A stretch of DNA of 64,000 nucleotides from Eubacterium sp. (GTDB lineage: Bacteria > Bacillota > Clostridia > Lachnospirales > Lachnospiraceae). The notes under the pieces were generated by a model that saw only the letters and a list, made by a program, of their open reading frames with translations, ran no database searches and was not told the origin of the DNA. Positions 1-8,845 of the stretch are shown one piece after another. The position numbers and the translations under genes are program-made. Within the stretch, counting starts at the first letter, position 1. Each line of letters opens with the position of its first letter. The DNA is taken from positions 3,821-67,820 of the forward strand of contig JAIKYQ010000127.1 in NCBI GenBank assembly GCA_024683035.1. The letters run 5' to 3'.

Positions 1-468
1 CGGGTATTTCAGCGGTTTGTCATCGCCTTCCGGAACGGAAAGGACCGTGATATTGGCAGCCGCGCCTGTATCGAATTCAGCAGGGCAGACCAGATTCCCG
101 ACATTTTCCAGGATCACGAGGTCATATGCCGCGCTGTTCAGTTCCTTCAGCCCCTGCCGGGTCATATCCGCATCCAGATGGCACATGCCGCCCGTATGGA
201 TCTGAATGGAGTCCACGCCGGCCTCCCGCATAGCCCGGGCATCCACGTCAGAATCAATATCCGCCTCCATGACGGCAAAGCGCAGCACCCCTTCGAATTC
301 CTTCGCCAGCTTTTTCAGGAGCGTCGTCTTGCCGGCCCCGGGGGACGCCATCATGTTGAGCAGCACGGTGCCTTCTTCCTGCAGCTGTCTGCGCAGTTCC
401 TCTGCGTCTGCATCATTATCGGCAAAGACACTTTGTTTTACTTCAATGATCCGTATGTCTTCCGTCAT
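1..468 (-). CDS. hypB: Hydrogenase/urease nickel-incorporation GTPase HypB, runs off the window at its 3' end
   Basis: Manual translation from ATG at 468: MTEDIRIIEVKQSVF...MMASPGAGKTTLL...EADIDSDVDA...HTGGMCHLDA...ENVGNLVCPAEFDTG...LSVPEGDDKPLKYP, which are the HypB motifs. The start overlaps the upstream stop (ATGA). Absent from the ORF track. Confidence 0.93.
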   Translation of the reverse strand, partial: MTEDIRIIEVKQSVFADNDADAEELRRQLQEEGTVLLNMMASPGAGKTTLLKKLAKEFEGVLRFAVMEADIDSDVDARAMREAGVDSIQIHTGGMCHLDADMTRQGLKELNSAAYDLVILENVGNLVCPAEFDTGAAANITVLSVPEGDDKPLKYP

Positions 469-1559
469 GGCTGCACCTCTTCGTCTTCTTTTCCCAGTTT
501 GAGATCCAGATTGTACTCTTTCCGGAAATACTCCTGAATGTCCCGGCGCATGGGCATGGTCTGCCGGATCTGGATGGCATCGTGTCCGCAGCGGGAGCGG
601 CACACGCCGCAGCCCACACAGTGTTCCCGGTCGATGATCATCTTACCGTCCTCTCCGGGCGTAAGCGCCTCTACCGGGCAGCCGTTCCGGCCCTGGATAC
701 AGTCGCCGCAGCCCACACATTTGGCGGGGTCCACGACCGCCGTCCAGCCGGAAGGATGGAACCGATGGCGTTCCTTTTCCGTTGCGTTTCTCGCCAGCCT
801 CATGGCAATGCAGCAGCAGGGACAGCAAAAACAGATCTCCATAAAGTGATCCATCAGATCATTCGGAACACCCCAGAGCATCTGCTCCACCTCGATCCAT
901 ACCGCCTGTCCGATCAGGCCTTCTTTTGCCGCTTCATCCACCCTTGCGCAGGCTTCCTCGTAGGTAAACCGTCTTCCCAGCTCGTGCTTCACCACGATCT
1001 TTGCCGCTTCTCCGAGGAACAGGCAGCCAAGGTCATGCGGATACTCTTTGCAGTCATTCGCATCACGACAGAGGCATTTGTCCATACCGGCTATATACTC
1101 CACACGCTTCAGGGATTCCTTGATCATATCCAGCGGGACTACTGTCTTCCGGCTTTGATCCGTGATATCGACCTGCAGCGGCATCACGACGGTGCCGGTC
1201 GGCCGCACCTTGTCCGGATACAGTCTGATGGCCTTTTTGTACAGTCTGGCTTTCCAGCCTCCTACCTTCATCCAGACAGAGTATTTTACAAACAGATGGT
1301 ACAGCTTCAGTGCCAGCGGCCATCTCTTTTTGCTCATGTACAGGATGTTTTTCAGGATCCAGTTATAGATCCCCAGCCCGTTCGGCCTGTTCTGATACGG
1401 CGGAAATCCCACGACCTTCCTGTCCAGAAGCTCGTGATCCAATTCCAGGAGTTCCTGATCTGATTCCGGAAGTTCCTGATCTGATTCCAGGAGTTCCTGA
1501 TCCAGTTCCAGAATCTGTTCTTCCTGATCCCGGTTTTTCTGCTGTTCTGTGTTACCCAT
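465..1559 (-). CDS. 4Fe-4S dicluster-domain protein
   Basis: C-terminal CVGCGDC...CP and CVGCGVCRSRC ferredoxin motifs, plus CLCR...C...C and ICFCCPCCC cysteine clusters. Confidence 0.85.
   Translation of the reverse strand: MGNTEQQKNRDQEEQILELDQELLESDQELPESDQELLELDHELLDRKVVGFPPYQNRPNGLGIYNWILKNILYMSKKRWPLALKLYHLFVKYSVWMKVGGWKARLYKKAIRLYPDKVRPTGTVVMPLQVDITDQSRKTVVPLDMIKESLKRVEYIAGMDKCLCRDANDCKEYPHDLGCLFLGEAAKIVVKHELGRRFTYEEACARVDEAAKEGLIGQAVWIEVEQMLWGVPNDLMDHFMEICFCCPCCCIAMRLARNATEKERHRFHPSGWTAVVDPAKCVGCGDCIQGRNGCPVEALTPGEDGKMIIDREHCVGCGVCRSRCGHDAIQIRQTMPMRRDIQEYFRKEYNLDLKLGKEDEEVQP
1430..1512 (-). repeat. Degenerate 21-bp in-frame tandem repeat (ELDQELL/ESDQELP/ESDQELL/ELDHELL) at the N-terminus of the Fe-S protein
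   Basis: TCCAGGAGTTCCTGATC-type units recur at 21-nt spacing. Confidence 0.8.
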
Positions 1560-1560
1560 A

Positions 1561-1812
1561 CTACTTCCCCTGATATCCTATATCTTTAATGATCAGTCTT
1601 TTACCGCGGACCATGCTGATCCGGAGCTCTGTATCTTTCAGCAGCGGAAAGGCATCCGCCGCTACCGGGAACAGCTTTTTCATATACAGCGGCACAACCC
1701 CGGAGCCTTCGCCCACTTCGAGCGTGATGTGCCGGATAGCCGCTATGCTGTTTTTCTCCGCCACTCGTCCCACGATCTTCACGATCTGCCGGAGTATCCC
1801 GAGTTCATGCAT
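1561..1812 (-). CDS. hypA: Short HypA-like nickel metallochaperone (83 aa) lacking the Zn-finger insert
   Basis: Begins MHELGI (HypA MHE Ni-binding motif) and has ITLEVGEGSGVVP and RGKRLIIKDI. The likely start is the ATG at 1812 after a GGGGAAA RBS, not 1947. Confidence 0.75.
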   Translation of the reverse strand: MHELGILRQIVKIVGRVAEKNSIAAIRHITLEVGEGSGVVPLYMKKLFPVAADAFPLLKDTELRISMVRGKRLIIKDIGYQGK

Positions 1813-2254
1813 CTTTTTCCCCTTCTTCCTGGTTCTGCAGTTCTTTTTCCGCGTTGTCACAGATCTGTGCAAATACCTGTTTGATCTGCAGCAGTTCTTC
1901 TTCGGAAAACCCGGCGAACAGGCAGCCGGTATACTGCTTTTCGGCATGTTCGGCTTCCTGCAGGATCTCCTCTGCCTGTTCCGTAAGCCTGAGATGAATG
2001 GTTTTATTATTGTTTCCCAGATATTCTTTTGTGATCAGTTCCCGCTTTTCCAGATCTTTGATGGCTGCCGAGACCTGAGATTTGGCAAACTGGCTGATCT
2101 GCACGATCGAAGCGGCCGTGTCATGCGCGGGGTTTCTGTGCAGGAACATCAGAACCGAATAGGCCATCGGCGTCAGGTCGTGTTTCATCCTTACCGGTCT
2201 GGCGTACATATCGTATAAGGCTTTTATCTTTTTCTGTTTTTCCCAGTAAAACAT
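1805..2254 (-). CDS. MarR-family transcriptional regulator
   Basis: 149 aa wHTH pattern: LTPMAYSVLMFL...AKSQVSAAIKDLEKRELI...IHLRLTEQA. Confidence 0.88.
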   Translation of the reverse strand: MFYWEKQKKIKALYDMYARPVRMKHDLTPMAYSVLMFLHRNPAHDTAASIVQISQFAKSQVSAAIKDLEKRELITKEYLGNNNKTIHLRLTEQAEEILQEAEHAEKQYTGCLFAGFSEEELLQIKQVFAQICDNAEKELQNQEEGEKDA

Positions 2255-2271
2255 CGCAGTCTCCGAAAATT

Positions 2272-2294
2272 GTTCTATTTTGAACTATATTATA
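2272..2294 (-). promoter_or_regulatory. Promoter -10 (TATAAT) and palindromic candidate MarR operator GTTC-N6-GAAC
   Basis: ATTATA at 2289-2294 reads TATAAT on the minus strand. GTTCTATTTTGAAC at 2272-2285 lies between it and the RBS. Confidence 0.5.
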
Positions 2295-2359
2295 GAATAT
2301 AAGAAGCCTTCCGTAAACCCTCAGCGATCCCGCCTTTTCCGACGCCGGCAAGACACAAA

Positions 2360-2391
2360 AACCGGAAGCCGTATACCAACGACTTCCGGTT
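2360..2391 (-). terminator. Intrinsic terminator, probably the native tRNA-Ser terminator displaced by the insertion
   Basis: AACCGGAAG...CTTCCGGTT hairpin directly outside the duplicated tRNA 3' end, followed by a T-run on the minus strand. Confidence 0.7.
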
Positions 2392-2394
2392 AAA

Positions 2395-2415
2395 GCGCAG
2401 CGGGAGGGATTCGAA
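2395..2415. repeat. att core (duplicated tRNA-Ser 3' end) GCGCAGCGGGAGGGATTCGAA
   Basis: Identical to 22102-22122. Confidence 0.95.
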
Positions 2416-2496
2416 GCCTCCCGCAACCCACATCACGAACCTGTAAACCCGCATAAACATTGACTTTTTTGAGTATTCAAAATACCAAAAATTCGG

Positions 2497-2520
2497 TGGG
2501 GGACAAAATGGGGGACAAAA
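2497..2520. repeat. Tandem TGGGGGACAAAA x2, putative integrase arm-type sites (left end)
   Basis: The same 12-mer occurs twice at the right end (21998-22009, 22019-22030). Confidence 0.75.
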
Positions 2521-2615
2521 ACCCCAAAACTATAATAACTACACTTAATTATCAGAAAGGAGGTCAGTCTACACTCTCTCTGCTATTGTCCCTCGATCCT
2601 TAAAACCTTTTATCA

Positions 2616-3659
2616 TTATGCCACACGTATATCGAAGTATCTCTCTACAATCCCGTCTAATTGCGACTTAATCAGAGTAAAATCACAATCTAGATTAAGA
2701 GTACGAACTTCTATTCTATTACCACTCATTTGGTATTGGTTCTCAGGATAAACATCCTCATTTGTCTTTGCATAAAGCAACATCCCAGATACTTCATGAG
2801 GTCTATCGGTCAATTCCGCTTCCTTATTCTTCACATAAGTGAAAATCTGATAAAGGTTGCTAGAATGGAGAGTATGTTTGTCATACTGTATTTGCGTCGA
2901 ATGTGCGTAATACTTTGCATCTATGATTAGAATCTTCTCTCCATATGAGAGCATTATATCGGTCTGCATCACCGGCAGCATGGCGCTCATATGATCATCC
3001 AGCTGCCAAGGAATCTGGTAGGCATTGGCTGTTATTTGAGGGTATTCCTTCCGATAATATTCCAGAATGAATTTTTCATACAGCCGATACATTCTCTGCT
3101 CATCAAAAAAATCCATGAGCTTCATTGTACCATCAGACTGCGTCTGGAGCAAACCCTTTACTATCAGATAGCAAATGGAAATCAGCATCCGGTATGTCTG
3201 ATTATTCCTGTTAAACTGCATATTCCAATTTACGGAGTACAGATCAATGACATCCACATCAGCGAAAAACATCAGCAACTTCCGCAGCTCCTTTTTCCGG
3301 GCCTTCGTGATATCTGAACGAAGCAGGAGCAGCATAGTGGATTTGATGATCTGGTTCATACGGGAATTAACCGAGAACTCATCATATGAGCAGACCAGTT
3401 GCTTTCGCTGAAGAGCCTGCGTTTTGATGGACTCATTAATATCAATCTTGCCTCGAAGGGAGGATAGCACCTCTGTTCGCGGTATGTACTCTTTGCCAAG
3501 TCCGCGTTTTATCTGAGTGCTGACGCCACGGACAAGAATAGCCGCGCACAGCTCTGCAGTATTGTCGAAGTCTTCTGTGGCGATATTCCTATAGCCCTGC
3601 TCGTTCAATACTTGGAACGCATAAGCCAACATATAGTAAATGTTCTGTATTCGAATCAC
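2616..3659 (-). CDS. mcrC: McrC nuclease subunit of McrBC type IV restriction
   Basis: IQNIYYMLAYAF N-terminus, LYEKFILEYY, PD-(D/E)xK-type MQTDIML...IIDAKYY and NLYQIFTY. Overlaps the mcrB stop. Confidence 0.93.
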   Translation of the reverse strand: MIRIQNIYYMLAYAFQVLNEQGYRNIATEDFDNTAELCAAILVRGVSTQIKRGLGKEYIPRTEVLSSLRGKIDINESIKTQALQRKQLVCSYDEFSVNSRMNQIIKSTMLLLLRSDITKARKKELRKLLMFFADVDVIDLYSVNWNMQFNRNNQTYRMLISICYLIVKGLLQTQSDGTMKLMDFFDEQRMYRLYEKFILEYYRKEYPQITANAYQIPWQLDDHMSAMLPVMQTDIMLSYGEKILIIDAKYYAHSTQIQYDKHTLHSSNLYQIFTYVKNKEAELTDRPHEVSGMLLYAKTNEDVYPENQYQMSGNRIEVRTLNLDCDFTLIKSQLDGIVERYFDIRVA

Positions 3660-5824
3660 TTTATAGCGCTCCTCAGACTATCAGCCCAGTTCTTTACCTT
3701 TACTGGCTCGTCAAACCAGTACTCTTTCAACAACGGAATGAGTTCATATTCCACGATAGCGGACAGTGCCTGATCGTTAACTTCTGTCAGATTGCAGAAA
3801 TAGCTATGTCCGATGCAGAAGCCTTCACCAAGAGATTCATCCCCGGCAATCGCTACATTCAGCTGCTCCACGCACTGAATCAGGTTGTCAAACTTGATGT
3901 TGTTTAATCCTATACGATACTTGCGGAAGCCTTCGGCATTGAAGCCCGGCTTCATCTCGTAAAAAGCAAAACGTCGACGCAGGGCGTAGTCCAGCATCGC
4001 AAGACTACGGTCTGCAGTATTCATCATCCCGATAATATAGACGTTATCCGGAACGGAAAACTTCTCGTCAGAATACAGGAGCTGAAGTTCAACACCGCGC
4101 TTATCACTTTCAATGAGCATAAACAGCTCTCCGAAAATCTTACTCAGATTGCCACGGTTGATCTCATCGATAATGAAGAAGTATTCATTTTCACTGTCGA
4201 TCTCTGCATCCTTGCAGAAGTTGTAGAAGGCTCCGCGTTTAAGCTCAAATCCCTTTTCTGAAGGACGGAATCCCATGATGAAATCTTCATAGGAATAGCT
4301 CTGATGGAACTGGACCATCATGACCCGATGCGGGTCTTTCACTTCCATTATGGAGTACGCCAATCGCTTTGCAGCAAAAGTCTTTCCTACACCTGGTACT
4401 CCCTGCAGAATCACGTTCTTCTTATTCAGGACAAGCCCCACCAACGTATTGTAGCTAGCTTCATCCATGTATACTTCATCAAGGAATTTCTCTTTGCTGT
4501 AGGACGGGTAGATAACTTCCTCAGCTTCTACGTCATCAACCTGGTCACTTTCAAACAGGGCATTCAATTTTTCAACATAATCTGTATAAGAAGTGATATC
4601 AGTAAGGGTTTTCATAGCCGCTTGTCCCGGATGCGGCCACTCGCCCTTATGCGTCCAGTTAACCTTACGCACGTTTTTATTATCATCACGAGAGTCGTCA
4701 AATTCATAATCCGATATGACAACACCCCGTCCAATCACAGTGCCTCTTCCTTTTTTAGCAAAGACAATATCTCCGGGCTTCATTTCATGCGCAAATTGCC
4801 ATGTCGCATGGGCAGCCATCGTATAAGGCTTATCAGGATCGATGTGTTCCTTCATAGCCAGTTTCATTTCAGTCTTGCTGGCATACTGTTGCAAGTCACC
4901 GATCTTATCCCAGCCTATGGCCATGATTTCGTTTTCACAGCACTCATCCCAGATTCCAGCACCCTCACCGGGAGAGTAAATCCAGTAGTGGGTAGTCTCA
5001 ACATCCTCGTCTGCCATCGCAGCGCCTCTTGCTTCACGCTTTGTCTGCGCTTTTTCCTGACGTTTTTCTTCGTTTACCTGTTCAGAATAGCGCCAAGCCT
5101 CTGCGCTCAACTCCATGAAGTCTTTCAATTCACTGGCATCGCTCTGCAGGTAATTGCGTAGTTTTTCGACTATATCAAAATACTTGGATGCAGCAATCTT
5201 AGCTTCAATTTTAGGAAGTGTCTCTACCAGTGATGCAGGCATCTTTCCGGATTCGTATATATACCAAGTGTTTCTCTGATCCAGATTCAGGAACGCGTTA
5301 GGCGCGATCCAGTACAAACCCATCGTGATTTTGCTGTTTCCATTGCCTTTCTTGTTGATAGCCAGATCAAAGTATTTGGACAAGGCTTCTCGCTTGTCAG
5401 CCGTAGGAAAAGCAGCATACGCCAACGCGGACTCAAACAAGCTCCAGAGATCATCAATATCGCACTCTTTTCGATTCCCGACGAAGTGATAAAACGTTGC
5501 ATTCTGGTTGTTTAAAACCGGAATGCTATCGAAAGATGTAGGGATTGAAGCGTTAATGCCAAGAAGGTCCGCGACTGCGGTGATGATCTTCACACGGTTG
5601 GCTTCTTTCATAGAACTTTTGTTGAAAAGACCAAATACTGTGAATGGATCAATGTCAACAAGCTGATTATCCTTTTCAAGGGTTGGCATGTTGATTCCAG
5701 TATCAGCAAAAACCTGCTTGACCTTAGCAACCAACTCCTGCCGATTGTCTTTATAACCCAGAAGATTTTCGGCCAATTCCTTATAAAAACCCATCCAATC
5801 AAATTGGCTCGTGTTTTGTGACAT
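3656..5824 (-). CDS. mcrB: McrB AAA+ GTPase with long N-terminal region including a probable EVE/PUA-like domain
   Basis: GVPGVGKT, QFHQSYSYEDF, IIDEINRG, MNTADRSLAMLDYALRRRF, IGHSYF. Start at 5824 follows GGAGGAG. Confidence 0.93.
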   Translation of the reverse strand: MSQNTSQFDWMGFYKELAENLLGYKDNRQELVAKVKQVFADTGINMPTLEKDNQLVDIDPFTVFGLFNKSSMKEANRVKIITAVADLLGINASIPTSFDSIPVLNNQNATFYHFVGNRKECDIDDLWSLFESALAYAAFPTADKREALSKYFDLAINKKGNGNSKITMGLYWIAPNAFLNLDQRNTWYIYESGKMPASLVETLPKIEAKIAASKYFDIVEKLRNYLQSDASELKDFMELSAEAWRYSEQVNEEKRQEKAQTKREARGAAMADEDVETTHYWIYSPGEGAGIWDECCENEIMAIGWDKIGDLQQYASKTEMKLAMKEHIDPDKPYTMAAHATWQFAHEMKPGDIVFAKKGRGTVIGRGVVISDYEFDDSRDDNKNVRKVNWTHKGEWPHPGQAAMKTLTDITSYTDYVEKLNALFESDQVDDVEAEEVIYPSYSKEKFLDEVYMDEASYNTLVGLVLNKKNVILQGVPGVGKTFAAKRLAYSIMEVKDPHRVMMVQFHQSYSYEDFIMGFRPSEKGFELKRGAFYNFCKDAEIDSENEYFFIIDEINRGNLSKIFGELFMLIESDKRGVELQLLYSDEKFSVPDNVYIIGMMNTADRSLAMLDYALRRRFAFYEMKPGFNAEGFRKYRIGLNNIKFDNLIQCVEQLNVAIAGDESLGEGFCIGHSYFCNLTEVNDQALSAIVEYELIPLLKEYWFDEPVKVKNWADSLRSAIK

Positions 5825-5879
5825 TTTATCTCCTCCATTATCCAAAGCCCATCAGGAATCAGCCAGCTGCGTAACACAT

Positions 5880-7367
5880 CTATTCTTCACTCTTCAATTT
5901 TTCACATAACGACAGCAATTCCTCCAACCTATCAACAATACGCTTTTGCTCAGCAAGCGGCGGAATCGGAATGAATACTGTTTTATATTTATCCTGAGAA
6001 ATGTTTACCTGTTGCTTGTCCATTCCTGACATTAATCCCATAATAATCTGTCTGATCTGTGGAGAATTCAAAACCATTACGATAAAATCTTTATAAACAT
6101 ATTTATCTGTCATATTGATACGTAATGTCTTATCAGAAAGGATCAGATTGCGATTGATGTTTTTGACTAGGCATGCTATCCCAGTCCTATTTGTTGGCCC
6201 AGCACGAGTTATAAGAATGTCACCATCCTTAACTTGCATGGAGTCATTCACTTTAAACGACTCTGGAAGAACTTTGTTCTTATTCTCATCGAAAAAGCCC
6301 CGTTGAATAGCTGTTGTAGTAATAACACCCCATTCTCCACCTTTAACTGATACTTTCTGACAGTTTGGGCTTTTCCCGGCATCAAGAAACCATGCCATTT
6401 CCCCTAACTTTGCCCATGCCCAACTTTCTGGAATTTCAAATGGGATATCGTCCTCTGCAATCTCCGGTAATGTCTTCCCTTTTTTTATCTTCCCAGCTTT
6501 AATAAGTTCCTGCTTTTCAGCCTGTATCTGCTTATAAAGCTCCTCTCCAGTACCTTCTTCCGGACACTGTTCCACCAACTTGCCCTGAATAGCCATCTGC
6601 AATATGGACTTCTGCATATCCTCCGGGAAGCGTTTGTTAAAGTCTTCCAGACGGCTCCACGCCGCCTCATAGCGGTCGATCAGTGGTAAAAGTTCTTCGA
6701 TCTTGGCTACGATGCGCTTTTGCTCGGCCAGCGGAGGGAACGGAAAAGCAATGTCTATCAGATTTAGCTTGCTAATTCTAAATCGTGTTGTCCCTCTGCC
6801 AAGAGATTTTACCTTCCTCTGGAAATCGCTTGATGTTAACACATACATCAAGTACTGCAGGTCATAAATCTCATCATTGGGTGCAATCCAACATACATCG
6901 ACAGCAGTCATTAGAATGCCATCTATCGGAGGGAGGATACAGGCAAGCATTCTATCCCCGATGAGGCGATTAACAAGCAAATATCCACTGTAGATTTGAC
7001 GACCATTCAGTTCGTGAAAACGCTCCTCTGTTAAGTATTTGAAGCCTTTATCCTTATACTTACAGTTGCCAATACTGCCTAGTTGAATGAGCTTTACCGG
7101 ACCATCTATTGCCATGTTTTTCGACAAGACCCAGTTTCCATCATTTAATGATTCATCTGAAGTTATTTCTGACAATTTAGCCCATGTCCATGATTCCGGA
7201 AGATCAAGTGTGTAATCCTCGTTTGAATATGACGCTCTGACAGAGTGCACGGTTTTGATAGCTTTCTTAAGGGCCTCATCACCAGTTCCATCTTCAGTAA
7301 CATGCTCGGTAACTTTTCCCAGCAGCGCTAATTGAATAATGCTATCTTTCAGTTCCTGGGGCGTCAT
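5880..7367 (-). CDS. hsdS: Type I restriction-modification specificity subunit, two TRDs
   Basis: Two PPLAEQKRIV conserved regions and two (L/I)PESW-W motifs flank two variable TRDs. Confidence 0.95.
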   Translation of the reverse strand: MTPQELKDSIIQLALLGKVTEHVTEDGTGDEALKKAIKTVHSVRASYSNEDYTLDLPESWTWAKLSEITSDESLNDGNWVLSKNMAIDGPVKLIQLGSIGNCKYKDKGFKYLTEERFHELNGRQIYSGYLLVNRLIGDRMLACILPPIDGILMTAVDVCWIAPNDEIYDLQYLMYVLTSSDFQRKVKSLGRGTTRFRISKLNLIDIAFPFPPLAEQKRIVAKIEELLPLIDRYEAAWSRLEDFNKRFPEDMQKSILQMAIQGKLVEQCPEEGTGEELYKQIQAEKQELIKAGKIKKGKTLPEIAEDDIPFEIPESWAWAKLGEMAWFLDAGKSPNCQKVSVKGGEWGVITTTAIQRGFFDENKNKVLPESFKVNDSMQVKDGDILITRAGPTNRTGIACLVKNINRNLILSDKTLRINMTDKYVYKDFIVMVLNSPQIRQIIMGLMSGMDKQQVNISQDKYKTVFIPIPPLAEQKRIVDRLEELLSLCEKLKSEE

Positions 7368-8842
7368 AATTCAGCCCCTCCCAGCTTTGCTGTGATTTCT
7401 GCCAGTACCCGATCGATCTCAGCATTCAGGGAAGCACGTTCTTCCTGATAACGCTGAATCAGATCCATAGGAGCAAGGATCTCCTCTTCCTCATGTGGAT
7501 ATCCGCACTGATCCAGATTGTACCCCAGATCTTCCGAAAGCTCTTTTGCTGTGAACTTTTTTGCTTTGTCAAAACCATCTTCATTTATCTCCACACGATC
7601 ATTCCACCATTCCAATACCGGAGCAAAATGCTCCAGTTTCATGGGTTTGGTCTTGCTGAAATGCTTGTATCCCTCTGGCATGTCCAGACGGTAGAACCAT
7701 GTCTCCTCTGTCGCCCCTGTACGCTCAAAGAATAAGATGTTCGTAGTGATAGATGTATACGGGGAGAACACGCTCCCCGGCATGCGCACAACTGTGTGAA
7801 GGTTGAACTCTGACAAGAGTTTTTTCTTGATGTTAACTTTTGCATTATCAGTACCAAACAGGAAACCATCTGGCAAGATCACAGAAGCTCGTCCATTTTT
7901 CTTCAGCCGATACATGATTACGGACATAAAAAGATCTGCCGTCTCAGAGCTGGCAAGATCCGCCGGGAAGTGATTCTTGACCTCAGCCTTTTCGCTGCCG
8001 CCATAAGGGGGATTCATTAGGATCACATCGAACTGATCACCTTCGGTATAATCCAGTACATCCCTCAGCAGACTGTTGTCATGAAACACCTGCGGCACAT
8101 CCAAATCATGCAGCAGCATATTTGTAATGCAGAGCATGTACGGAAACTGCTTCTTTTCGATACCATAGATAGACTGACCAAAGGCTTCCCGATCTTCAGT
8201 AGTTTTGATCTTCTTTTCCAGTTCTTTCAACCAGCTCGTTAGGAAGCCTCCTGTTCCGCAGGCAAAATCAGCCATCTTTTCCCCGATCTGAGGCTTTATC
8301 ATCTGTGCCATAAATTGCGTAACGGCACGTGGTGTATAGAACTCACCGGCAGACCCCGCGCTTTGTAACTCTTTCAGGATTGCCTCATAGATTTCTCCAA
8401 AAGCATGACTCTCTTCATAATCAGAAAGATCCAGTTCATCAATCACGTTTATGACCTGACGCAGCAGAACGCCATCCTTCATATAGTTGTTGGCATCAGC
8501 GAAGGTGGTCTGAACGATAGCTTTCTTAATGGGCGTGGAGGCATCCACAGGAAGCTTTTTCAGCGTGGGAAACAACGTATTGTTCACAAAGTCCAACAAA
8601 CGTTCACCGGTCATTGCCTTGCCAGATTTATCATCATGCGCCCAGTTTGCCCAGCGGCATTCCTCCGGGATAATAGAGACATAGTTTTCATCATCCCACT
8701 CCCAGTCCTGCTCCTTTGCGTCATATACCTTCAAAAACAGCATCCATGCGATCTGTTCGATACGCTGAGCATCACCGTTAATCCCAGCGTCGTTGCGCAT
8801 GATGTCACGTAACCGTTTTACAAACCCTGACAGATTTGCCAT
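7364..8842 (-). CDS. hsdM: Type I R-M N6-adenine methyltransferase
   Basis: GEFYTPR, DFACGTGGFL (motif I), NPPY (motif IV). Confidence 0.96.
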   Translation of the reverse strand: MANLSGFVKRLRDIMRNDAGINGDAQRIEQIAWMLFLKVYDAKEQDWEWDDENYVSIIPEECRWANWAHDDKSGKAMTGERLLDFVNNTLFPTLKKLPVDASTPIKKAIVQTTFADANNYMKDGVLLRQVINVIDELDLSDYEESHAFGEIYEAILKELQSAGSAGEFYTPRAVTQFMAQMIKPQIGEKMADFACGTGGFLTSWLKELEKKIKTTEDREAFGQSIYGIEKKQFPYMLCITNMLLHDLDVPQVFHDNSLLRDVLDYTEGDQFDVILMNPPYGGSEKAEVKNHFPADLASSETADLFMSVIMYRLKKNGRASVILPDGFLFGTDNAKVNIKKKLLSEFNLHTVVRMPGSVFSPYTSITTNILFFERTGATEETWFYRLDMPEGYKHFSKTKPMKLEHFAPVLEWWNDRVEINEDGFDKAKKFTAKELSEDLGYNLDQCGYPHEEEEILAPMDLIQRYQEERASLNAEIDRVLAEITAKLGGAEL

Positions 8843-8845
8843 ATC

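Noticed and set aside
2395-2425. Second tRNA gene
   Set aside because: Only the last 21 bp of tRNA-Ser are present; this is the att duplication.
2530-2570. TATAAT and an AGAAAGGAGG RBS at the left end of the island
   Set aside because: No start codon follows at a usable distance. At most a remnant.
5880-7367. Phase-variable hsdS shufflon
   Set aside because: Single hsdS, no silent TRD copies and no adjacent invertase. The internal repeats are the usual conserved regions.
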